DNA of 63,961 bases, the filler included, from Candidatus Rokuibacteriota bacterium (GTDB taxonomy: Bacteria > JAUVQV01 > DATDCY01): NCBI GenBank assembly GCA_031406795.1. It is 8 parts of 8 records of this genome, joined end to end, with 100 filler letters (N's around TTAATTAATTAA, not from the genome) between each part and the next. Parts side by side here need not be neighbours in the genome. Positions count along the whole stretch, not along the records: positions 18,215 to 41,924 come from JANOHV010000051.1; positions 42,025 to 46,759 come from JANOHV010000077.1; positions 46,860 to 51,758 come from JANOHV010000101.1; 5 more parts are not named here. One strand, 5' to 3'. The translations under genes and the position numbers were made by a program. Every line of letters starts with the position of its first letter. Position 1 is the stretch's first letter. Positions 38,330 to 47,221 of this stretch are shown here, piece by piece. The notes beneath the pieces are model-generated. The model was not told the origin of the DNA and did not search any database. It worked only from the letters and a program-made list of their open reading frames with translations.

Positions 38330-40786
38330 ATGAGGACGAAGATCTGTGCCAGAGGCGCTGGCTTCGCGTCGCTGATCCTGATCCTGGCGGTGCTCCCGGC
38401 GACGGTTTCGGGCTCCGTCCAGGTTCCAAACGCCGGTTTCGAAATCGATGACGGCACCGGGAAACCGCAGGGGTGGCTGGCCCAACAGCATGACCCCAAC
38501 ACGATTTTCGCCCGGGATGCGACGGTTTCTCACAGCGGCGTGGCATCGGCACGAATCTCCCACCCCGGCACCGACTCGGTGGCCGAAGAGTGGCTGAGTT
38601 CCGAGGTACCGGTCGTTCCGGCGCCCGGCGATTACGTCGAGTACTCGATCTGGTATAGGACCAATGCCGGCGGCGCGGTGTTGCTGAGGCTCGGTCAACG
38701 CGACCAGGCCGGCTCAATGGCGAGCGGAAACTTCTTTAATTGTATGATCACTTCTCAGGGTGCGAGCCAATGGCAGGAGGTGAAATGCCGGGACCCCCTG
38801 CTCAGCACTTCAAGGACCGTGGAGCTGAACATCCTTTATTTCCCACCATTTGTCGATGGTACCGCGCCGGGAACCGTCTGGATCGATGACGTCACGATTT
38901 CGCAGGGTTCGTTGAGTCAGCTCACCGGCACGCCGCCTCAGCCGCTTCAGGAAGACGCAATCACCCGTTTCGAGGCGAGGTATGCCGGCGTGACGTCGCA
39001 TTTCGACCTGTACGTGCCGAAAGGTTACAACGCCAACCCGAACAAGAAATACCCCGTTCTCTTCATCTGCTCGCCCAGCGGGAACGCCGTCATGGGGAAC
39101 GTGGAAGCATGGGTCAAGAGCAGGCAGTGGCTGGCCGTGATGCTGGTGGAAGCGAAAAACGGGCCATGGGAGCCGATCAAAGCCAACTTCTACGCCGCTC
39201 ATGACGACGTGATCTCCAGGGCCCGTGTGAATACGCACAGAAAGTACATCACCGGCTTCTCCGGCGGGGCACGGATGGCGGGCTGGGCGGCCATCGACGC
39301 GAGCAGGACGGGTTTTCACGGCCTGTTCCTTCAGGGGGCCGGCGTCGGATCCCAGATTCCGGACGACCGGTATGTCTTCGCCTCGTTCGGGAGCGGCGAC
39401 ATGAATCTGGACGAGTTGAGCCCAATGCTCGCCATCGCGCCAGGTCACTTCAACCACGAAGTCTTCCCCGGCGGGCACGAGCCGGCTCCCGTGAGCACGG
39501 CAACCACGGCGCTGGCTTGGCTCGAGTCGCGCGTCGAGGAGAACGTCATTGTCAAGACTCTCACCGCGAGCACCAAGAGCTGCGGCGCAGGCAAGGTTAC
39601 GAGCACTCCAGCCGCGATCGACTGCGGGTCGTACTGTTCGGAGCAGTATCTGGCCAACACGGTAGTAACGTTGTCCGCCGTCGCGTCGGCCGGGTCGACG
39701 TTTCGCGGCTGGAGCGGGGACTGCACCGGAACGGGTCCGTGCGTCGTGACGATGGCGTCCGACCATTCGGTGGCGGCGGAGTTCGTTCTGAACAGCGATC
39801 AGGACTGCGACGACCTCGATGACGCGGCGGAAACGAACACGGGGGTCTACGTCTCCCGCTCCAATACGGGGACCAGCCCGCAGAAGTTCGATAGCGACGG
39901 CGACGGCAAAGGCGACGGTCTGGAGGTGGCGCGGGGCACCGATCCGAATGACCCGCTCGAAGCTCCGCCCGCCGTCGGGAACGATTTCGACGGTGACGGC
40001 CGTTCGGACATCAGCTGCTACTACCCGCCCGGCGGCAACTGGTACGGGTTCAACAGCGGAAATGGTTTCTGGCAGAGGCAGTTCGGGTATGCGGGGACGA
40101 TACCGATCACCGGCGATTTCGACGGCGATGGCAAGAGCGATATTGGCGCATACCATCCCGACACAGGAAATTGGAACATCCACCAGAGCCGGGATGGTTT
40201 CAGGCAGACGCAGTTCGGGTATGCCGGGACGATTCCCGTTGTTGGAGATTTTGACGGTGACGGCCGGGATGACATCGGCTGCTACTACCCTCAGGGCGGC
40301 AATTGGTATGTCTTTGGCAGCACGGTTGGATTCTGGCAGACGCAATTTGGCTATGCTGGGACGATTCCGGTCGTCGGGGATTTCGACGGTGACGGCCAGG
40401 ATGACATCGGCTGCTATTACCCGCCGGGGGGCAACTGGTACGTATTTCAGAGCAAGAATGGTTTCTGGCAGACGACGTTCGGCTACGAAGGGACGATCCC
40501 GGTGGTTGGCGACTTCGATGGCGATGGTAAGAGCGACATCGGCTGCTATTACCCGCCGGGTGGGAATTGGTATGTGTTCAAGAGCGGCCTAGGTTTCTGG
40601 CAGACCGCTTTCGGCTATATCGGCACCGAGCCCGTGGTGGGTGATTTCGACGGTGACGGAAAAAGCGACCTGGGCTGCTACTATCCGGCCGGCGGCAAGT
40701 GGTACGTCTTCAAGAGCACGGAAGGCTTCTGGCAGACGCAGTTCGGGTACGAAGGAACGATACCTCTCGGGGGTACGCTCCGATAA
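38330..40786 (+). CDS. Secreted multidomain protein: CBM-like domain, alpha/beta-hydrolase, InlB-B-like repeat, TSP3-like stretch and six FG-GAP/VCBS repeats
   Basis: AGGAGG RBS, signal peptide, NAGFE...WIDDV, GFSGG elbow with HEVFPGGH, GSTFRGWSGDC, DSDGDG and six 44-aa DFDGDG repeats. Confidence 0.8.
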   Translation: MRTKICARGAGFASLILILAVLPATVSGSVQVPNAGFEIDDGTGKPQGWLAQQHDPNTIFARDATVSHSGVASARISHPGTDSVAEEWLSSEVPVVPAPGDYVEYSIWYRTNAGGAVLLRLGQRDQAGSMASGNFFNCMITSQGASQWQEVKCRDPLLSTSRTVELNILYFPPFVDGTAPGTVWIDDVTISQGSLSQLTGTPPQPLQEDAITRFEARYAGVTSHFDLYVPKGYNANPNKKYPVLFICSPSGNAVMGNVEAWVKSRQWLAVMLVEAKNGPWEPIKANFYAAHDDVISRARVNTHRKYITGFSGGARMAGWAAIDASRTGFHGLFLQGAGVGSQIPDDRYVFASFGSGDMNLDELSPMLAIAPGHFNHEVFPGGHEPAPVSTATTALAWLESRVEENVIVKTLTASTKSCGAGKVTSTPAAIDCGSYCSEQYLANTVVTLSAVASAGSTFRGWSGDCTGTGPCVVTMASDHSVAAEFVLNSDQDCDDLDDAAETNTGVYVSRSNTGTSPQKFDSDGDGKGDGLEVARGTDPNDPLEAPPAVGNDFDGDGRSDISCYYPPGGNWYGFNSGNGFWQRQFGYAGTIPITGDFDGDGKSDIGAYHPDTGNWNIHQSRDGFRQTQFGYAGTIPVVGDFDGDGRDDIGCYYPQGGNWYVFGSTVGFWQTQFGYAGTIPVVGDFDGDGQDDIGCYYPPGGNWYVFQSKNGFWQTTFGYEGTIPVVGDFDGDGKSDIGCYYPPGGNWYVFKSGLGFWQTAFGYIGTEPVVGDFDGDGKSDLGCYYPAGGKWYVFKSTEGFWQTQFGYEGTIPLGGTLR
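39983..40770 (+). repeat. Six 132-nt coding repeats (FG-GAP-like)
   Basis: DFDGDGxxDIGCYYPxGGNWYVFxSxxGFWQTQFGYxGTIPVVG repeated six times. Confidence 0.9.
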
Positions 40787-40909
40787 ATTGCACTCAAAGT
40801 TCTTCAACTTTCCATAGCCCTCGTCGCTCACCCCGGCTGGGGCTTCTCTTTGCCCGCATTACTCCATTGCAGCGAGAAGAGACCGCAGCCGCAGGCATGG
40901 CTCCCCGGC

Positions 40910-41924
40910 CTACATCAGATTCAGCGGGCTGACGTCGATCAGCAGGTGGATGCCGGCGCGGCGGGCGGCCTCGTGCAGCAGCGCCGCCCCCGCGCGCAGC
41001 GGACCCGTCGCCGCCTCCAGCGGGCGGGTCTTGACCAGGATCAGCATCCGCCAGCGGTTGCGGATCTTCTCCATGGGTGCGGGAACCGGTCCCAGCACGT
41101 GGCAGGAGCCGGCGGCCTCCGCGTCGCCCAGCATCTCCCGGAGACGGGCGCCGATCTCGTCCGCGGCCGCACCGAGGCGGGTCTGGTTGGCGCCGTCGAG
41201 GCGCAGTGCGACCAGATCGAAGAACGGCGGGTAGTCCAGCTCGCGGCGGAACAGGGTCTCTTTGGCGTAGAACGAATCGTAGTCGTGGGTGCGCGCCGCC
41301 TCGAGCGCGTAGTGCTCGGGCTGCCAGGTCTGCACGAGCACCCGCCCGGCCTGCTGCCCGCGCCCCGCCCGCCCGGCGACCTGCGCGACCAGCGAGAAGG
41401 CCCGCTCGGCGGCGCGAAAATCCGGGAGATTCAGCATCAGATCGGGGCCGATCACCCCGACGAGGGTCAGCCGCGGGAAGTGCAGCCCCTTGGCCACCAA
41501 CTGCGTCCCGACGAGGATGTCGGCGCGGCCGCTCTCGAAATCGGCGACCACCTGCGCGCCGGCGCCTTTGCGTGAGGCGGTGTCGCGGTCGAGGCGCAGC
41601 ACCTCGCGTCCCGGGAAGGCCTTGCGGATTTCCAGTTCCAGCCGCTGGGTGCCGGAGCCCGAAAGCCGCAGTTCGGCGGCGCCGCAGGCCGGACAGGTGT
41701 CCGGGGCCGCGGCGCGATAGCCGCAGTAGTGGCAGAGGTGGGCCTGTTCGGGGGCGTGAAAGACCAGCGAGACCCGGCAGTTGGGGCAGCTGATCCCCGC
41801 GCCGCAGGCCCGGCACTGGGTGTGGGGCGCAAAGCCGCGGCGGTTGAGAAAGAAGAGGACCTGATCGCCGCGCTCGAGCGTCTCGCGGGCGGCGTCGAGC
41901 AGAGGCGGGGCGATCAGTCGCGGT
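40910..41924 (-). CDS. priA: Primosomal protein N' (5'-truncated)
   Basis: FLNRRGFA, Cys-rich zinc region, ADILVGTQLVAKGLHFP, PDFRAAER and QVAGRAGR motifs. Confidence 0.95.
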
Positions 41925-42024
41925 NNNNNNNNNNNNNNNNNNNNNNNNNNNNNNNNNNNNNNNNNNNNTTAATTAATTAANNNNNNNNNNNNNNNNNNNN
42001 NNNNNNNNNNNNNNNNNNNNNNNN

Positions 42025-42166
42025 CCGGCGGCGCCAGATAGCGGGCAACTCCCTCGGCGAGCTGGCTGCGGGCGGAGTTCTGAACGCAGAGGAAGAGAAT
42101 GTGCCGCGGCCGCAGCGCGCGCAATCTCTCCACATCCTGCATCCAGTCTGGCGGCACGATATTCAC
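42025..42166 (-). CDS. arsC: Arsenate reductase (LMW-PTP type), 3'-truncated
   Basis: ILFLCVQNSARSQLAEG motif; GTGA overlap with arsR. Confidence 0.8.
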
Positions 42167-42549
42167 GGAGTCGCCCCAACACAGGAGAGCGCTTCGCAGA
42201 TAGCACTCGGCCCCAGGTCTTTCCGCGCCTCGGTCAGGCGTGCGCGGTCACGCACGATAACCGGGTCGCGGTCAAGCCACGATGACAACTCGCGCAGGAT
42301 GCCCGCCACATAAGGGTCATCGCTCTCCCGATCCAGCGAATAGTGAACCCACTTCTTCTCCTTGCGGTCGTTGACGAGCCCCGCCGATTTCAGCAAGAAC
42401 AGGTGCTTAGAAACCGTAGACGGACTGAGGGCAAGCACGGCGATGATCTGGCAGACGCAGAGTTCACCAGCTTCGAGCATCTTGAGGATCCGGACTCGCG
42501 TCGGGTCTGCCACCGCCTTCATTGTCGCTTCGTACTTTCGCAGGCTCAT
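42163..42549 (-). CDS. arsR: ArsR/SmtB metalloregulator
   Basis: ADPTRVRIL, ELCVCQI and STVSKHL motifs. Confidence 0.9.
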   Translation of the reverse strand: MSLRKYEATMKAVADPTRVRILKMLEAGELCVCQIIAVLALSPSTVSKHLFLLKSAGLVNDRKEKKWVHYSLDRESDDPYVAGILRELSSWLDRDPVIVRDRARLTEARKDLGPSAICEALSCVGATP

Positions 42550-42564
42550 CTCTTCTCCTTCATA

Positions 42565-42624
42565 TTGACAAATGACGAATCGAAGTTAGTATAATGTCCA
42601 TCATACAGAAAATCAACTTCGATT
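42565..42624. promoter_or_regulatory. Divergent promoter region with candidate ArsR operator
   Basis: TTGACA 42565-70 and TATAAT 42590-95 (19-nt spacer); inverted repeat AATCGAAGTT (42578-87) / AACTTCGATT (42615-24). Confidence 0.55.
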
Positions 42625-42641
42625 TCTCTGGGAGGCCGATA

Positions 42642-43745
42642 ATGGCAGAGCCGGAAATGAACGCACCCATCATCCCGGAAGACGCGATTCCGGCGGTCAT
42701 CAACAGCCGGCCGGGAGGCGAAGGTCTCCCCAGGAAGATGATCGTTGCGGGTTCGCTTGCGCTCGTCCTCTGGTGGCTCGCCTACCGCAGCCTCCCCCCA
42801 CTGGCGAAATGGCTGACCTACCGCCTGTTCGGGTTGGCAGAAGGAACCCACCTCGGCTCCGCCATCGAGTTCTTCCTCTACGACACACCCAAGGTGCTTC
42901 TGCTGCTGACGCTCGTCGTCTTCGGGGTCGGGGTCATCCGCTCCTATTTCACCGCCGACCGTGCGCGCCGTATGCTCGCCGGAAAGCGCGAGGCAGCCGG
43001 CAACGTCATGGCCGCGCTGCTCGGCATCGTGACACCCTTTTGCTCCTGCTCCGCGGTGCCTCTCTTCATCGGCTTCGTGACCGCCGGGGTTCCGCTCGGG
43101 GTGACCTTTTCCTTCCTGATCTCGGCGCCGATGGTCAACGAGATCGCCCTCGTGCTGCTCTTTGGCCTCTTCGGCTGGAAGATCGCGGCGCTCTATCTCG
43201 GCACCGGCCTCGCGATCGCAATGATCGCGGGGTGGACGATCGGCCGGATCGGCATGGAACGCCACGTGGAGCCATGGGTCTATGAGGCGATCGGCGCGGC
43301 CGGCGAAAGCGGCCTCGACGAGCGGATTCCGTTCGTGGACCGCGTCCGGCAGGGTCTGGATGCGGTGAAAGACATCGTCGGAAAAGTCTGGATCTACATC
43401 ATCATCGGTATCGCTGTCGGGGCGGGCATCCACGGATACGTCCCGGAGAATTTCATGGCCTCATTCATGGGCAAAGGCGCCTGGTGGTCGGTGCCGCTGG
43501 CGGTGCTCATCGGCATACCGATGTACACCAACGCGGCGGGGATCATTCCGATCGTCGAGGCATTGCTCGGGAAGGGCGCGGCGCTCGGCACGGTGCTGGC
43601 TTTCATGATGGCGGTGATCGCGCTCTCCCTGCCCGAGATGATCATCCTGCGCAAGGTGCTGCGGCCGCGATTAATCGCGACCTTCGCCGGCGTAGTGGGC
43701 GCCGGGATCATGATCGTCGGATATCTCTTCAACGCTATCATGTGA
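42642..43745 (+). CDS. ArsP/DUF318-family permease
   Basis: TPFCSCSAVP, FLISAPMVNE and ALSLPEMIIL motifs; GGAGG RBS. Confidence 0.88.
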   Translation: MAEPEMNAPIIPEDAIPAVINSRPGGEGLPRKMIVAGSLALVLWWLAYRSLPPLAKWLTYRLFGLAEGTHLGSAIEFFLYDTPKVLLLLTLVVFGVGVIRSYFTADRARRMLAGKREAAGNVMAALLGIVTPFCSCSAVPLFIGFVTAGVPLGVTFSFLISAPMVNEIALVLLFGLFGWKIAALYLGTGLAIAMIAGWTIGRIGMERHVEPWVYEAIGAAGESGLDERIPFVDRVRQGLDAVKDIVGKVWIYIIIGIAVGAGIHGYVPENFMASFMGKGAWWSVPLAVLIGIPMYTNAAGIIPIVEALLGKGAALGTVLAFMMAVIALSLPEMIILRKVLRPRLIATFAGVVGAGIMIVGYLFNAIM

Positions 43746-43773
43746 GTCTTTGCGCGGACACGTGTTCCCCCGT

Positions 43774-43834
43774 GCCTTCATTCAGTACTCTTTGCCCAAG
43801 AAGACCCTGGGGGTAAGGACTCCGGTCCCCTTGA
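43774..43834 (-). repeat. Degenerate copy of the PIN gene 3' end
   Basis: 54/61 identical to 45297-45357. Confidence 0.85.
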
Positions 43835-44056
43835 GCTCCACGAAATACTTGTCCCCCCCGGCATCAGCGTCCGGGTGGACGACCGACTCGTCAAGATCGA
43901 CAACCACACGGGTGAGTTCCTCCTCTTCTCGATTTTCTCCCTCGGCTTGAAATGCTCTGGAAGAGCAACGAGCCGGGTCTCACTGCAATCAGTATCGAAA
44001 GAGCGCTAACCCAGGTGTAGCCGCGCGCCGAAACCTCGAGCGCGGGCATCGCCCCC

Positions 44057-45170
44057 TCACTCATTGCCGATATATTTCAGATATTCTTCCGTCAACCCAT
44101 AGCGCCTGGTCTTCTTCGCAGCTCCGATCGAGACCAGAAAATCGGCGGCAATCCATTCATTGACAATATTCCGTGCCATCCGGGCTGAGATTCCAAGCGC
44201 CGCGGCCATCTCGCCCGTCGAGAGCGTCTCAGTCCTGGAGAACAAACCAAGAATTATCCGGGCGCTGCGATCCAGACGCCGCAACATTGCAGTCTCGGCC
44301 GCAGGCTGCTTCGCGACACGTCGCACGGACTCAGACTTGACGGCATCGAACGCCTCGGTGAGTAGCTCGGCGAAATACTCCAACCACCCGGTCAGATCGA
44401 CATCGGCCCGGCCTTCGTAGTAGTTGTGGTGGGGATGGGTTGCCACTGCGCGATAGTACCGCTCCAGCTCGCGGGCGTGATACTCTTCAAGTGAGTGGAG
44501 TCCCTCGAGGCCGTATCCGCCCCGCTGCAGAATGAAGGTCGCCAGAAGCCGCGCAGTCCGGCCGTTGCCGTCGTAATAAGGGTGAATAGTCACGAACTGA
44601 TAGTGCAGGAGTCCTGCGATGAGCGATGCGGGAAACCGTTCCTTCTCCGCTCTCATGTACCCATGCCACCATCTCGGCCATCAGCGCGGGAACGTCCCCG
44701 GCCTCGGGCGGCAGATACACGATCGCGTTCGTGGACTGATCGCGAACGGCGTTCTGCCCGTCGCGGTAGGGAGTGGGCTTCGCCCGTTTCCCCTTCATGA
44801 CGAAAGCGTCGAGTTTTCGGATGACTTCCTCGGTGAGCGGCGCCCGGCGATCCGCCATTTCTTCCACCGCTAGAAGGGCATTCCAGTAGTTCCTGACTTC
44901 GCCGACATCGCGCTCGCGGCGAGGAATCGCGACTTTGTGCTCGATGACTTCTTCGGCTTGAGCCAGCGTCAGCCGGTTCCCCTCGATGCGTGTCGAGTAA
45001 TGCGTGGAGCACAGGCGCGCCTGTCGGCGCAGGTCAACGGCAACGGAGAGCGGCAGCGGCATCAACTGGACGGCAGTGCGGGCTGCCTCGATCGATTGCA
45101 GGTGGCGGACAATGGCCGGCGTAATGGTATAAACCGGCTTCCACCTCCCTGTGCTGCCTGAAGAAGTCAC
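44057..45170 (-). pseudogene. Fic-domain protein with C-terminal HTH, frameshifted near 44657
   Basis: N-half (STRIEGN) and C-half (HPYYDGNGRTAR) lie in different frames, offset by one extra base. Confidence 0.8.
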
Positions 45171-45304
45171 CTGATGCCCCTCACGGCAGGTAGGGCCCGT
45201 ACGTATTACCGATATATTGCCGATAATCTACTGAGAAGCCAAGTGGGAAAAATCCCGCGCCGCCGCAGAAGTATCGACGCCACCGCAGTCACATCGGCCT
45301 TCGT

Positions 45305-45727
45305 TCAGTACTTTTTATCCAAGAAGGCCCTGGGGGTAAGGACCCTGGTCCCCTTGATGGAACGACCATAGAGAGCCTTGAAATCGGCCGTGTTGCCCGT
45401 GAGGAAGAAGCTGGCGCGGGCGGCGATTGCGGCAGAGAGAAGAAGTCCGTCTTTCTCAGGCAGTTTCAGATCCAATGCCAGATCGGCATCCGGAACCGTC
45501 AGACAGGAAGCCGCAAGTTTCTTCAGGGCAGGCAATGCTGCCGGCCTCTTTCGGCGAAGGTTGTCAGTTGCTTCTTCGAGCGCGAGCGGCGAAATAAGGA
45601 GACGCAACCGCCCCACGGCCTGAAGCACAAGAAGTAGGCCAAGAAGCGTATTCTCCGGTCCCGACCAGCAGATCGAAAAAAGAATGTTGCTGTCGAGAAA
45701 AACGGTTACCGCTTCTTCGGTTTCCAT
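45305..45727 (-). CDS. PIN-domain (VapC-like) toxin
   Basis: VFLDSNILFS, LEEA, KDGLL and LTGN motifs. Confidence 0.85.
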   Translation of the reverse strand: METEEAVTVFLDSNILFSICWSGPENTLLGLLLVLQAVGRLRLLISPLALEEATDNLRRKRPAALPALKKLAASCLTVPDADLALDLKLPEKDGLLLSAAIAARASFFLTGNTADFKALYGRSIKGTRVLTPRAFLDKKY

Positions 45728-45957
45728 TTTGCGAGAATGCGCTCCCGTTCACCAGGGCGCAATTCGTTCTCGACCTCGAGTCGGCGAATGAACTCGTCGC
45801 TGTAGACCCGCACCGGAACCGTGCGCGCCGGACGGATCACAAGCGTGTTCCCAGACTCCTCCATGATGACGGCGGAACGCGGCTTGATGCCGAGGCGGTC
45901 CCGAATCTCCTTGGGGATCGTGACCTGTCCCCGCTCACCGACAAGGCTGACCGACAT
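45706..45957 (-). CDS. AbrB/MazE-type antitoxin
   Basis: GERGQVTIPKEIRDRLGI motif; AGGAGG RBS; overlaps the toxin gene. Confidence 0.9.
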   Translation of the reverse strand: MSVSLVGERGQVTIPKEIRDRLGIKPRSAVIMEESGNTLVIRPARTVPVRVYSDEFIRRLEVENELRPGERERILAKWKPKKR

Positions 45958-46019
45958 GACGGCTCACCTCCTTGCAACGCAAGATACATGTTTTCCTACT
46001 ATAAGTAAATATGCAGCCA

Positions 46020-46148
46020 TCAGCCCAGATGACGCGGCTGCTCCCGATACTGGATCGACTCGGCGATGTGGGTGATGCCGATCTTTCGCTCGCCCGCCAG
46101 ATCTGCGATCGTCCGCGCAACTTTCAGCACTCGCGCATGGGAGCGCGA
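46020..46148 (-). pseudogene. comM: 3'-terminal relic of comM/yifB (Mg-chelatase-like ATPase)
   Basis: Hand translation SRSHARVLKVARTIADLAGERKIGITHIAESIQYREQPRHLG* resembles the ComM C-terminal consensus. Confidence 0.78.
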
Positions 46149-46407
46149 GAAGGCCACTCCGACCTTCCCCTACTGGCCGAAGATCATCGGATTCCTCGGC
46201 TACAGCCCCTACGACCCGGGCTGGACGCACGGGGAACGGCTGACCGGGATCCGGAGGTACCTCGGGCTGACCCAGGAGGCTGTGGCCCGGCGCCTACGGG
46301 TGGACCCGGGGACGCTGGCGAGGTGGGAGCGGGGGGAGAGGGAGCCAAAGACGGAGCACATTCGTCAAATGGGTAGAGGTTTTCTGAGTGGATCTTCGCG
46401 GGCTTGA
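46138..46407 (+). pseudogene. 5'-truncated XRE-family HTH protein
   Basis: GERLTGIRRYLGLTQEAVARRLRVDPGTLARWERGEREP; upstream sequence is comM antisense. Confidence 0.65.
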
Positions 46408-46414
46408 TGTGTGG

Positions 46415-46759
46415 CTACAATTCGGCAGCGGGCAGGATCGTTCCCAGAGCGTCGATGAGTGGCGGCAGATCCTCGGTGACGATCGTCCACAGGATGTCGA
46501 AATCGACCTGATCGTATCCGTGTATGAGACGGTTCCGGAGGCTGATGATCTCCGTCCATGGGATTGCCGGGTACCTGTCCTGCTCCGGCTTCGGCACCCT
46601 GGCGGCGGCTTCACCGACGACCTCGAGGAGCCTTACCAGCGACAGATTGAGCTTCCGGTCGGTGTCCAGGTCGGCACGGGATTTCCCCCGGGCCATCTCG
46701 ACCGCCTCCCGCGCATGGTCGAGCATGTGGCGAAGGGAAACGCCGGGGTCACGGTGCGA
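46415..46759 (-). CDS. HepT-like (DUF86) ribonuclease toxin, at contig edge
   Basis: LEVVGEAA and IPW..I..LRNRLIHGYD (RX4HXY) motifs. Confidence 0.88.
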   Translation of the reverse strand, partial: SHRDPGVSLRHMLDHAREAVEMARGKSRADLDTDRKLNLSLVRLLEVVGEAAARVPKPEQDRYPAIPWTEIISLRNRLIHGYDQVDFDILWTIVTEDLPPLIDALGTILPAAEL

Positions 46760-46861
46760 NNNNNNNNNNNNNNNNNNNNNNNNNNNNNNNNNNNNNNNNN
46801 NNNTTAATTAATTAANNNNNNNNNNNNNNNNNNNNNNNNNNNNNNNNNNNNNNNNNNNNAC

Positions 46862-47149
46862 GAGCGGTACCTGCAGCTGGAACCGGAGAGCGCGTCGATT
46901 CACAACAATCTCGGCTATGCGCTGGCTCGGCTGGGGCGGCCCGAGCGGGCGCTCAAGCACTTCGATGCCGCGCTGCGGCTGGATCCGCGTCACGCCCGGG
47001 CGCGGGCCAATGCCGCCGAGGCGCTCGCCGCACTCGGCCGCGATGCGGAGGCTGCCGAGCAGATGCGACTGGTCTGGGAAAGGGATGGCACCGAATCTGA
47101 CCTTCAGTCGGGTTTGCCGGAGGGTGGTTATGGAAGCGGCAGGCGTTGA
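46862..47149 (+). CDS. C-terminal TPR fragment (5'-truncated)
   Basis: Hand translation IHNNLGYALARLGRPERALKHFDAALRLDP. Confidence 0.7.
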   Translation, partial: ERYLQLEPESASIHNNLGYALARLGRPERALKHFDAALRLDPRHARARANAAEALAALGRDAEAAEQMRLVWERDGTESDLQSGLPEGGYGSGRR

Positions 47150-47221
47150 CGCTCCCCAGCGGTTCTCATGCTCCTTCCGGTGCCTGCCCTTGTCTCTTTC
47201 CGTCACCTTCGCGGGTGAAGG

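Noticed and set aside
38089-41209. Possible DGR template/variable repeat pair
   Set aside because: Mismatches are not adenine-specific and are mostly synonymous; there is no reverse transcriptase in the window.
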